This document shows positions 20,411-29,047 of a DNA stretch of 64,000 nucleotides, piece by piece. The stretch is taken from the NCBI GenBank assembly GCA_041586955.1, contig JBFGZE010000002.1:32001-96000 (forward strand), in the 5' to 3' direction. The notes under the pieces are model-generated. The model saw only the letters and a program-made list of their open reading frames with translations, was not told the origin of the DNA and ran no database searches. This DNA comes from Bacteriovoracaceae bacterium. Lineage in GTDB: Bacteria > Bdellovibrionota > Bacteriovoracia > Bacteriovoracales > Bacteriovoracaceae. How positions within the stretch are numbered: the first letter of the stretch is position 1; every line of letters begins with the position of its first letter. The position numbers and the translations under genes are program-made.

Positions 20411-20560
20411 CTATGAGCGTTATTTCTTGCGTTATTTTAACAAGTTAAATCGATTGAACAATAATGGTTTGACGCAATTTTTACAAAAGTTGGGTGGTTT
20501 AATTGACGGAATTGAATAGGTAACCTAAAGAGTTCTTAACAATAAATATCGAGGAATTTT

Positions 20561-21937
20561 ATGAACTTAGCTGGCGCCTTACTTGTCTTCCTTTTGGCCA
20601 CCCCCATTGTACTGGCCAATAATAACAATATTATTCAATCAACTGATAAAAGTTTTTATATTGAAAAGTTTTATTATGAAGATTTTGTTTATTCACAAGG
20701 AAAAAAAACGGAATTAGGTGATCAAGTTGAGTTGGACGTCGCTTTTCGGTATCAATATAGCAGCTCTACTTTTGCACGCATTCGCTTTGAAACAATACCT
20801 GAAGACAATCGCTTTAATAATAAAACGTCTAAGTTTGAGTTATTGGCCGGTCACCAATATGAAAATCTTAACTTTCAATTAGACCTGGAATTGGATGTCA
20901 ATAATAGTTCAAGTGGAGGTCAAACACTTGGTCTCGATCTTGATAGTGAATATACTCGTCTTCAATGGCAATTGAATAATAAAGTGTCCCTTTCATTCTA
21001 CCCCTTTAATTTTGATGGAGAAGTTGGTCACAAATTCAATACATGGGACGTAACACGAATTAATTATATTAGTGGTGCCCCCTCGACCGTTTCAGAAACC
21101 CAAGGGACAAATAGTATTGTCAATAAAACGATTCCTGGCCTGGAATTAAAATATCAATTTAATGACAGTTGGTCGGCCAATGTCGGACTTGGTGTAGCAT
21201 CCTATTTATATCCAGCTAATGGTGACTTCGACATCCAAAATTTTCCAACTGCTACTCGCTGGGAAAGAAAGGAAGACTTTGGCCATAAACTTGGTGTTCA
21301 ATACAAAAAAGAAAACCTAAAGTTGTCGGTTGATTACGTGGGCCATAGCGAGCCAAAAGAAACAGGAGCGCTTTTGGAAAATGCTTGGTCGGTCTATGGC
21401 ATCGGTCGAACGTCACAGGTGTTAATTGAAGGTGAGTTTACGTTTACGAAAAACGGAAAGGAGGCCTGGGATATTGCCCGCGGGAGCGATTGGTTTAATA
21501 ATACGACTACACCATTTATGCCTATTTATGCTGATTACGATGGGAATAGACAAAATTGGCTAGGCCAAAGTGATTATGCCATAAGCACTAAAATTGGATA
21601 CGAATGGTCTAAATCTACAACTCCTTATGTCACCCTTCGCTATCAAGGAAAAAACTTTATTTTTAGAGATGAAGAGTCGGCCCACCGTTTAAGAACCGCC
21701 GATGAGTCTCAATCTCATGGTGGTCTGATTCGCACGGGCCTTGGGACTTATTTAAAATATGGAAACTTTACGGTCAATCCAGAATTAGAATATCGTAATG
21801 CAAAAAATCCAGTTTTCACCAACGCAGCTGATGAGGTTAGTAGTCAGCGGCTTCTGGGTAACTTCAAAAAGACAGATTACTTAATTACTTTATTTTTAAC
21901 CTATGATTTCGATGGTCGAATGATCTTTGCTCCTTAG
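20561..21937 (+). CDS. Putative outer-membrane beta-barrel protein
   Basis: GAGG RBS, signal peptide, alternating aromatic/hydrophobic beta strands throughout, final strand YLITLFLTYDF. Confidence 0.72.
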   Translation: MNLAGALLVFLLATPIVLANNNNIIQSTDKSFYIEKFYYEDFVYSQGKKTELGDQVELDVAFRYQYSSSTFARIRFETIPEDNRFNNKTSKFELLAGHQYENLNFQLDLELDVNNSSSGGQTLGLDLDSEYTRLQWQLNNKVSLSFYPFNFDGEVGHKFNTWDVTRINYISGAPSTVSETQGTNSIVNKTIPGLELKYQFNDSWSANVGLGVASYLYPANGDFDIQNFPTATRWERKEDFGHKLGVQYKKENLKLSVDYVGHSEPKETGALLENAWSVYGIGRTSQVLIEGEFTFTKNGKEAWDIARGSDWFNNTTTPFMPIYADYDGNRQNWLGQSDYAISTKIGYEWSKSTTPYVTLRYQGKNFIFRDEESAHRLRTADESQSHGGLIRTGLGTYLKYGNFTVNPELEYRNAKNPVFTNAADEVSSQRLLGNFKKTDYLITLFLTYDFDGRMIFAP

Positions 21938-21954
21938 TGGGCCAAGGGGATAAT

Positions 21955-23490
21955 GTGAATAGATTGATAAATATTTTGACACTTCTTTTTCTTCTTACCG
22001 CCCTAAGTGCTTGTGGAGATAAAAGTGAAACCTTAATTAAGGATATCAATTCTAAAAAGGTGGAAGAGGCCATTTCTAAAATGGATGAAATTCAAACATC
22101 TATAGCAGAAGGCCAATTATTAGGGCGTACGAGTCGCAATGATAAAAGAAAAATTAATGAGACCCTGAAACAATTAAAAATCAATTTGATGGCACTCGAC
22201 CTTAACCCATTAGACCATAAGGCCCTTGAGAGAATAGTCCGGCATTTGCGGTTTTTTGAAACGAAGATATTATCAGAAAGAGATATTCCACGGTTAAACG
22301 CCTTAGTCGATATCGTTCGCCAAGAGGCATCCCGTTATGCAGGTCTTCAGGGCACTAGTTTGGCGCAGGTCCCATGGCCTTTATATAATTATGGATTTTC
22401 GCGCGGGATTGAACCCTTTGGAGTTTATTCAGATGGGAATAATTGGGAGCGCCGCTATTCACAAGATAGATCCTCAGCAAATGTCAGAAATGGAGGCAGA
22501 GATGGAGAGTCTTGGCTATTGACCCCCACATTTAACCTTGCTGGTGTTGATAACCCTATTCTTAGTATTAAGCATCTTCTCATGATTGATGATAATAATC
22601 GCAGTCGAGTTCCTTTAAATATGGGGAAAATCCTTAGTGATGCCTTTAAAGTTATGGTCACAACTAACTTTAAGGAGGGGCCACAAAGTCTCGACAATAA
22701 TTTATGGGAGGAGCTAACTTTAGATCGTCTTCCAAGTGGTAGAGATTTTCATAGTCTAACCTCTTCAGTATCATTAAAAAAATACCGCGGGCATAATGTC
22801 ACGATTGCCTTTATTCTAAAAACAAATACCAAAGAAATTGGTAATCATTTTTTGACTTGGCAAATAGAGCGACTGCGAATATTAGGCGCCGCCGATAAAA
22901 TGACTTACTCCCCCCGTCAAAAACCTTTTAACCCTGATGATGAAGATGATCTTGGTAAAGAAGTTCTACATTGGTCTTTTCGAGAGAAAGGAATGGGCAA
23001 CCTCCAGCAGACGGCCTTGTCGGGTACTCCTGGAGCATTTTCCTATAATGAGGGCCGAGGTTGTGCCATTATTAGTCCTAATCGAGAGAAGCTATTCGGA
23101 AAACAATTATTATATACCGGAATTTTGGATTTAACGGTGGTTAAAGAAGCTGCCATGCGTGTTCATCAGACGATTAATTTTTATACGGAAGAGGCCAAAA
23201 AACATGATTTGATTAGTATTAAGATCGCTGAAGTCGTCGAAGGGGTAGAGGTTAGTGATCTTAATTGGTTAGAAATACCATTTAAGAGAACTCCCGATGG
23301 AAGCGGATGGAATAGCATGAAGTCCGAATGGGTCAAGTTGCCAACTGCCCTCCAAGGAAAAAAGGTACGGCTTGGGTTCTTTTATGAATCATTGAAGCAA
23401 ACCTCTGATGATGGCAAAGTCACTGATTTTTTTCCCGCATGGCAAATTTATGACTTTTGGGTCAATGATTTAACTGGAGTCGAATTGTGA
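21955..23490 (+). CDS. Lipoprotein with helical N-region and two DUF5017/choice-of-anchor-J-like beta-sandwich domains
   Basis: GTG start, lipobox LSAC. Repeats ESWLLTPTFNL...W.EL...PSG...SLKKYRGHNVTIAF...WQI and LLYTGILDL...W.EI...PDGSGW...LQGKKVRLGF...WQI. Confidence 0.7.
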   Translation: MNRLINILTLLFLLTALSACGDKSETLIKDINSKKVEEAISKMDEIQTSIAEGQLLGRTSRNDKRKINETLKQLKINLMALDLNPLDHKALERIVRHLRFFETKILSERDIPRLNALVDIVRQEASRYAGLQGTSLAQVPWPLYNYGFSRGIEPFGVYSDGNNWERRYSQDRSSANVRNGGRDGESWLLTPTFNLAGVDNPILSIKHLLMIDDNNRSRVPLNMGKILSDAFKVMVTTNFKEGPQSLDNNLWEELTLDRLPSGRDFHSLTSSVSLKKYRGHNVTIAFILKTNTKEIGNHFLTWQIERLRILGAADKMTYSPRQKPFNPDDEDDLGKEVLHWSFREKGMGNLQQTALSGTPGAFSYNEGRGCAIISPNREKLFGKQLLYTGILDLTVVKEAAMRVHQTINFYTEEAKKHDLISIKIAEVVEGVEVSDLNWLEIPFKRTPDGSGWNSMKSEWVKLPTALQGKKVRLGFFYESLKQTSDDGKVTDFFPAWQIYDFWVNDLTGVEL

Positions 23491-25985
23491 GAAAGGTTTT
23501 CTTTTTAGGACTTTTACTCCTGATTGGCTGTGGTAAAGAATCCTATCGTTTGGACAATGGGGAATACCTCGTTTCTGCCGATAAAAAATATGAAGGTTCA
23601 ACCACAGCTGGAAACCTAATTACGACCGCAATCAAAGAAGTCCATCAATTGGACATGGTTTTTTACCCAAGTGATTTTCTTAATGAGTCACTTAATGGAT
23701 TGGTTCGTCCCAATCTGACTCCTCGTGAAATTACTGAACTGAAAAAGTTATTTCCTACTGCCACCAAAGATCAATTCATGGTTGGTACGATGAAAGGGAA
23801 AGATATAAAGAAGTTTGTTATCGGCCGCTCAAATGATACTTATCGTGCCGATTTGCAGGTGGCGGGGCTTCGCTATCATATTCACACTGTCGGTGGAGTT
23901 AGGCAATATGCCTATTTTAATAGGCCTGAAGGTTTAGAGTTTGAGGACAATGAGTATTATAATGTGGCCATTTCTCATTATTTTTATTTTTCAGGTCAAA
24001 CTTTTCCCTCCTATAAGTACCGCAATAGCTTTAGTCATTCATTTAATTTTTCCTCGACCATTATATCGGCACGCGATTCATTAGAAACTTATTTGAAGAC
24101 GATTAAAAATCTTCCCTATCTCAAAGAAATTCGCGCTAAATATACAAGCTTTATTAAAGGTGATGCCGGAGCTGTCAAAATCTATCAGATCCAAGGAGAA
24201 TCACATCGCAGCCCCTTATTAGGGAAGAGAGTCACGACAAGTGGTATTGTGACCGCTTTTGGTTCAGTGGATTGGTACCCTGGTGGAATGGATATTATCA
24301 TTCAAGATAAAAATGGGGATGGTAATGACCATACTTCTGATGCCGTACATATTCACGTTGATAATAAGGCCTTAAATATTCAATTAGGAGATCATATCTC
24401 CGTTACCGGAGTGGTTTATGAAGAAATGATGGGAAATGGGCTTGGTAAGACTTCCATCAGAGAAGTGATTAAACTAAGCACAATTTCTTCAGGCAATGCC
24501 TTACCGGCACCAGTCATTTTGGGGATGCGAGGCAGGCCTATCCCGGATTTTAAAATTTCATCTTTTATAGGAGATTTGAATTTCAAACCCAACCTTTCAC
24601 TTTTTGAAGGGATTGATTTTTACGAATCATTAGAGGGCATGCGAATTGAAATTAATAATCCCGCGGTTGTCGGATTTCGTGGTGGTAAAGAAGAATATGA
24701 AGGGCAACGGCCAAAAGGTCATTTAAGCCTCTATCTGGTACCCGATTCAAAAGCTCGCCACGATGGACGTACATTGCCTGGCGGGATAATCATCGGTGAG
24801 AAAGGTGAGGATTACAATCCTGAAATTATTCAATTATCAGCTAGTCATTTAAGCCGAGGGATTAATACTGAAACGATTTTTAATATTGGTGATATTTTAG
24901 AGGGTGCTATTGTTGGCAATATGAGCTTTGAGAAAAATATTTTCGGTGGTGGTGATTATACGATGGTCCTACCTCTGGCACAAAAGGCCTTGGGCCATGA
25001 ATTTAAGGGGCGCGGTCTTGTTCCTCTCTCTAGTCGACCTAAGACGGCCCTCGTCAGCTCAAAAGATCATCTGACGGTGGCCAGTTTTAATGTGGAAAAC
25101 TTGGCCGGGAACCAACCTCTTCGTATCAAGGAGATTGGGCGTTCGATTAAAACTAATTTGAAATGTCCAGATATCGTCAACTTAGTCGAGATTCAGGATA
25201 ATAATGGTGTTTCTTTAAATGGTGGCCCTGATGCTCAATTAACTCTTGAAAAATTAATTAAAAAAATCAAATGTGGTGTCAATGTAGAGTATAAATCAAT
25301 CAATATCGATCCTCTTAATCATAGTGAAGGGGGCCAGCCCGGCGGAAATATTCGCGTTTCGATGATTTATAACGCCAAACGCGTGGGTTTTTCTCCGAGA
25401 GGGCAATCAGGGGCACTGGAGGAAACTCGTGTCGGCCCTGATGGAAGTCTTAATATCAACCCTGGACGAGTTTTCCCTGGTAGTGATGCTTTTAATCGCA
25501 CACGAAAAAGCCTTGTCGTAGAGTTTACATTTAAAGGTGAAAAAGTACTTCTTATTGGAAATCATTTTAATTCTAAATTAGGAGACACTAGTTTTTGGTC
25601 AGCACAACAGCCACCTCGCTCACGGTCTGAAGTAAGACGTGTACCTGTTGCCGAAAAGGTTAATGAATTCGTTCGTATCTTAAATCAACGGAACCCGAAG
25701 GCGAATATTATTGTGCTTGGAGACTTCAATGCCCTTGTTCACGAGGCATCGATGAGGGTTTTGGCCGGTAATGAACTTTATAATTTGATGACTTATAAGA
25801 ACCTTGTTGATCCTAAGGATCGCTATACCACTAATCATAATGGAAATTCCCAGCCTCTGGATTATATCTTTGTGAATGGTAATTTAATTAATAAGTCACC
25901 AGAATTTGAAATCCTGCATATTAATTCCGATTTTATGGGGCGATTATCAGATCATGACCCAATTATTGGGCGATTTAAATTTTAA
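23487..25985 (+). CDS. Lipoprotein extracellular nuclease: 5'-nucleotidase C-terminal-like domain + OB fold + EEP domain
   Basis: Lipobox LIGC. TTAGNLITTAI..LFP..MKGKDIK..LQVAGLRY; IYQIQGESHRSPLLGKRVTTSGIVTA; ASFNVENL, EIQD, NHFNSK, GDFN, LDYI, SDHDP. Confidence 0.88.
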   Translation: MRKVFFLGLLLLIGCGKESYRLDNGEYLVSADKKYEGSTTAGNLITTAIKEVHQLDMVFYPSDFLNESLNGLVRPNLTPREITELKKLFPTATKDQFMVGTMKGKDIKKFVIGRSNDTYRADLQVAGLRYHIHTVGGVRQYAYFNRPEGLEFEDNEYYNVAISHYFYFSGQTFPSYKYRNSFSHSFNFSSTIISARDSLETYLKTIKNLPYLKEIRAKYTSFIKGDAGAVKIYQIQGESHRSPLLGKRVTTSGIVTAFGSVDWYPGGMDIIIQDKNGDGNDHTSDAVHIHVDNKALNIQLGDHISVTGVVYEEMMGNGLGKTSIREVIKLSTISSGNALPAPVILGMRGRPIPDFKISSFIGDLNFKPNLSLFEGIDFYESLEGMRIEINNPAVVGFRGGKEEYEGQRPKGHLSLYLVPDSKARHDGRTLPGGIIIGEKGEDYNPEIIQLSASHLSRGINTETIFNIGDILEGAIVGNMSFEKNIFGGGDYTMVLPLAQKALGHEFKGRGLVPLSSRPKTALVSSKDHLTVASFNVENLAGNQPLRIKEIGRSIKTNLKCPDIVNLVEIQDNNGVSLNGGPDAQLTLEKLIKKIKCGVNVEYKSINIDPLNHSEGGQPGGNIRVSMIYNAKRVGFSPRGQSGALEETRVGPDGSLNINPGRVFPGSDAFNRTRKSLVVEFTFKGEKVLLIGNHFNSKLGDTSFWSAQQPPRSRSEVRRVPVAEKVNEFVRILNQRNPKANIIVLGDFNALVHEASMRVLAGNELYNLMTYKNLVDPKDRYTTNHNGNSQPLDYIFVNGNLINKSPEFEILHINSDFMGRLSDHDPIIGRFKF

Positions 25986-26003
25986 GAATGTATATTTTAT
26001 ATC

Positions 26004-26031
26004 AAAAAAAAGGCCCTCAAAAGAGGGCCTT
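26004..26031. terminator. Intrinsic terminator between convergent nuclease and FKBP genes
   Basis: A-tract, aggccctc-aaaa-gagggcct. Confidence 0.85.
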
Positions 26032-26036
26032 CGTCA

Positions 26037-26654
26037 TTATGACTGAACTTTAACTAATTCGATCTTAAAAAGAAGCGTGGAGTTTGGTCCGATTTGCGGC
26101 CCAGCACCTTGTGCGCCGTAGGCCAAGTTTGAAGGGATCGCCAATTCAAAAATATCACCTTCTTTCATTAATTGGAGGGCTTCGGTCCAACCAGGTATAA
26201 CTCCACTTACGGGAAATGTTGTGGGCTCGCCTCTGCGGTAAGAAGAGTCAAAAACAGTCCCATCAATTAACGTTCCCTCATAATGGGCCTCCACTGAGCA
26301 TTCAGTGGTTGGTGTTTTACCTGTTCCAGATTGAATAACTTTATACTGAAGGCCACTGGCAGTGACTTGAACGCCTTCTTTTTCTTTATTTTGAGCTAAG
26401 AAAGATGCACCAGCTTGCTCGTTGGCCGCACCTGAAGCGGCAGCCGCTTCTTGTTGTTTCGCCTGCATTTCCATTTGGAAGGCCTGCATGATTGTTTGAG
26501 TTTCTTCAGGACTAATAAGTCCTGGTTCGCCCAAGGTCGCTGATTTAACAGCAGCAGTAAAAATTTCTGTATTGATTTCCAAACCTTGAGCGACAAAGTC
26601 ACCGCCGATTTGACGACCGATTATATAACTAATCTTATCGACTTGAGTTTCCAT
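26037..26654 (-). CDS. FKBP-type peptidyl-prolyl cis-trans isomerase (FklB-like)
   Basis: TASGLQYKV, HYEGTLIDGTVFDSS, VIPGWTEALQLM, PSNLAYG. Confidence 0.95.
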   Translation of the reverse strand: METQVDKISYIIGRQIGGDFVAQGLEINTEIFTAAVKSATLGEPGLISPEETQTIMQAFQMEMQAKQQEAAAASGAANEQAGASFLAQNKEKEGVQVTASGLQYKVIQSGTGKTPTTECSVEAHYEGTLIDGTVFDSSYRRGEPTTFPVSGVIPGWTEALQLMKEGDIFELAIPSNLAYGAQGAGPQIGPNSTLLFKIELVKVQS

Positions 26655-26914
26655 GAATAACCTCTTGCGTTAAACGATTTAAAGTGAAGTTTCAATATAG
26701 GAAAAGGTCATAAAGTTGACAATGTTTTATAGGGTAATAGGGCCTATTTGATAAATAAAAGGGGTTTTTCGCGTTTAAATTGATCTTTTTCGGTGGAAGC
26801 TCGTTCATCGTAGTGGAAATAAGGCGAGGAAGTCGTAGATCGCCAGTGGCGATTTTACATTGGCCGAGCCTTTTAGTTTATCTACATCTAGGTGCGGCAT
26901 ACTCGGCAAGTGTA

Positions 26915-26923
26915 TGATATAAT
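26915..26923 (+). promoter_or_regulatory. Extended -10 promoter element
   Basis: TGaTATAAT about 40 nt upstream of ATG 26962. Confidence 0.5.
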
Positions 26924-26961
26924 AATGACCAATTAATTTACTTATTTGTTTGAGGTCGTGA

Positions 26962-27585
26962 ATGGATTCATCATTAATTCAAAATCTTTTTAATTTTATT
27001 ACTAATAATATTTTTATCATTATCTATGTTTTTGCCGCGATTGAGATATACCTGGTCATCAATATCTTTTTTATGATGAAAAAGCATGAATTGGTTCTTA
27101 CGGATGTATCAGATAATCTTTTAAAAGGATTTAGCGACGCCCCTGACCGTGACTCGAACCAGACTACTCATGAACGAATTGAAGCGGCCTTGGACTTTAT
27201 CCACTATAAAATTTCAATGGGATCAGAATATAAAAAGGAATTTGTCGCCAATGCGGGCAATATTAGCAAACGAGCATTTTATGGCCGGCATTATAAAATT
27301 GAAATATTTGCCAGTGTGATGTCGACATTAGTTCAGGTTTTTCCTCTTCTTGGAATTTTGGGAACAATTTTGGCGATCGCTCAAACGGCTTTTCAATCGG
27401 GCGGGCAAATTGATGTCTCTTCGCTGTCCAATGCTTTTGTCTTGGCGATGGATACCACCATACTTGGTATTACCTTTTCCATTATTTTTATGGTCATTGA
27501 GAGTACTTTTCAGCCAAAAATTGAAAGGGTGATCAATGAAAGTTCTGATTACCGAGACCTGGTCTCTAAAATCAATTTATCTTAA
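26962..27585 (+). CDS. MotA/TolQ/ExbB proton-channel family protein
   Basis: N-terminal TM. FPLLGILGTILAI...AFVLAMDTTILGI. Confidence 0.85.
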   Translation: MDSSLIQNLFNFITNNIFIIIYVFAAIEIYLVINIFFMMKKHELVLTDVSDNLLKGFSDAPDRDSNQTTHERIEAALDFIHYKISMGSEYKKEFVANAGNISKRAFYGRHYKIEIFASVMSTLVQVFPLLGILGTILAIAQTAFQSGGQIDVSSLSNAFVLAMDTTILGITFSIIFMVIESTFQPKIERVINESSDYRDLVSKINLS

Positions 27586-27598
27586 GGATTAAGAGATA

Positions 27599-28183
27599 AT
27601 GAGACCTACTAGAGTTTATAAAAAAACAAAAAAAACCACAGTCCAACTAACATCTTTATTAGATCTCCTATTTGTGATGATTTTTGTCTCGTTAATTCAG
27701 CAAAAATCTGCGGCACCTATCAAAGTAGAAACCGTCGCTGAAAAAAAAGTGGTGGAACAAGAAGTTCCACCCGTTGCTAAGCCGATCATTAAACCAACTG
27801 CAAAACCTATCTCCACTCCAGCACCTATTAAACCGACTCGCTATACAGTGCGTGCGACATTTAATTTTTATGGCACGCCCAATAATAAGGCCTTACCTCG
27901 TGGTTCTTATGTCATGCAAGGGCAATTTGATGAGAAGACCAGGAAATTGCAATTGGGAGGGAGTCACTGGATTGAGAGACCGAAGCATTATGATATGGTT
28001 CCGCTTTCAGGAGAAATTAATACTGCTAATAACGAATTTAGAGGCCGTATCGAATTTCAAGGTTGCCAGGAATTTACATTGAAAAAAGTTGCTCAATCTG
28101 GTGACAAGGCCATTAGTGGATCCTGGAAGGGAGAGTACTCCTGTTCGCAAGGCCCTACTGGATTGACTCTAACGATTGAATAA
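27599..28183 (+). CDS. ExbD/TolR-type TM anchor fused to a Pro-rich linker and an atypical beta domain
   Basis: VQLTSLLDLLFVMIF with the conserved Asp. VPPVAKPIIKPTAKPISTPAPIKP linker. Two-Cys C-terminal domain. Confidence 0.7.
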   Translation: MRPTRVYKKTKKTTVQLTSLLDLLFVMIFVSLIQQKSAAPIKVETVAEKKVVEQEVPPVAKPIIKPTAKPISTPAPIKPTRYTVRATFNFYGTPNNKALPRGSYVMQGQFDEKTRKLQLGGSHWIERPKHYDMVPLSGEINTANNEFRGRIEFQGCQEFTLKKVAQSGDKAISGSWKGEYSCSQGPTGLTLTIE

Positions 28184-28199
28184 ACCTTTCAAATGTTAT

Positions 28200-28228
28200 C
28201 GATGGTATTATAATACCATCGTTTTTTT
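28200..28228. terminator. Perfect 22-bp palindrome followed by a T tract (terminator and/or operator)
   Basis: cgatggtattataataccatcg + ttttttt. Confidence 0.6.
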
Positions 28229-28243
28229 ATACGGAGCAAACGC

Positions 28244-29047
28244 ATGAATATCGCAATTTTTGGAGGCACTCACGGTAATGAGCCATTAGGCATTGAAGTG
28301 ATCAAAACTTTAGAAAAAAATGGCCCTCATCAAACGAATCATTCCTTTCAAACATTTCTCGGAAACCCTAAGGCCTATGAACTGCAAAAACGTTTTGTCG
28401 ATTGCGACCTCAATCGCTGCTTTGGCGTTAATGGCCGCTCCCATGGTTATGAACAAAAACGTTCACAAGAATTGGTTCAACAGGTTGCAGGGAAGTTTGA
28501 TTTTGTGGTCGATATTCATACCACCACAAGTAATATGGGAATGACCATTATTCTCACTCAAACAGATGAGCGGACGCGTAAGGTGGCCGCCTTTTTGAAA
28601 AAAAAATACCCTAAATTGATTTTGATCGAAACCATTAAAACAGACGAAGAATGCTGTTATATTTGTAATATGGCGCCTAGTGGTTTTATTTTCGAATTTG
28701 GTGCTGTTGCCAATAATGTGATCCGCTTTGATCACTTCAAAATAGTCTATAATATGGTTTTAGATATTCTTAACTTCAATGAAACTGATGAGATCGATTT
28801 ATCTCAAGTTGAATATTTCAAATCTTATGAAGATATCAAGTTTCCGGATGGTTATTATATACACCCTGAAAGAGAAGGAAATGACTTTATGCCTGTGGCC
28901 CCTGGTCAGCCGCTTTTTATCAATTTTTCTGGGGAGGTTTTGAATCATGAAGGCGATGAAACGATATACCCCATGTTTATCAACGAGGCCGCGTATCAAA
29001 ACGAGCGCCTTGCCATGACTCTTTCTAGGAAAAAGATTGGTTTTTAA
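28244..29047 (+). CDS. Aspartoacylase (AstE/AspA family)
   Basis: GGTHGNE, DLNRCF, DIHTTTSNMG, YPMFINEAAY. Confidence 0.9.
   Translation: MNIAIFGGTHGNEPLGIEVIKTLEKNGPHQTNHSFQTFLGNPKAYELQKRFVDCDLNRCFGVNGRSHGYEQKRSQELVQQVAGKFDFVVDIHTTTSNMGMTIILTQTDERTRKVAAFLKKKYPKLILIETIKTDEECCYICNMAPSGFIFEFGAVANNVIRFDHFKIVYNMVLDILNFNETDEIDLSQVEYFKSYEDIKFPDGYYIHPEREGNDFMPVAPGQPLFINFSGEVLNHEGDETIYPMFINEAAYQNERLAMTLSRKKIGF

Noticed and set aside
26962..28183. Zorya ZorAB or flagellar MotAB assignment
   Set aside because: No long ZorA tail, no OmpA-like peptidoglycan-binding domain, and no zorC/D/E or flagellar neighbours.
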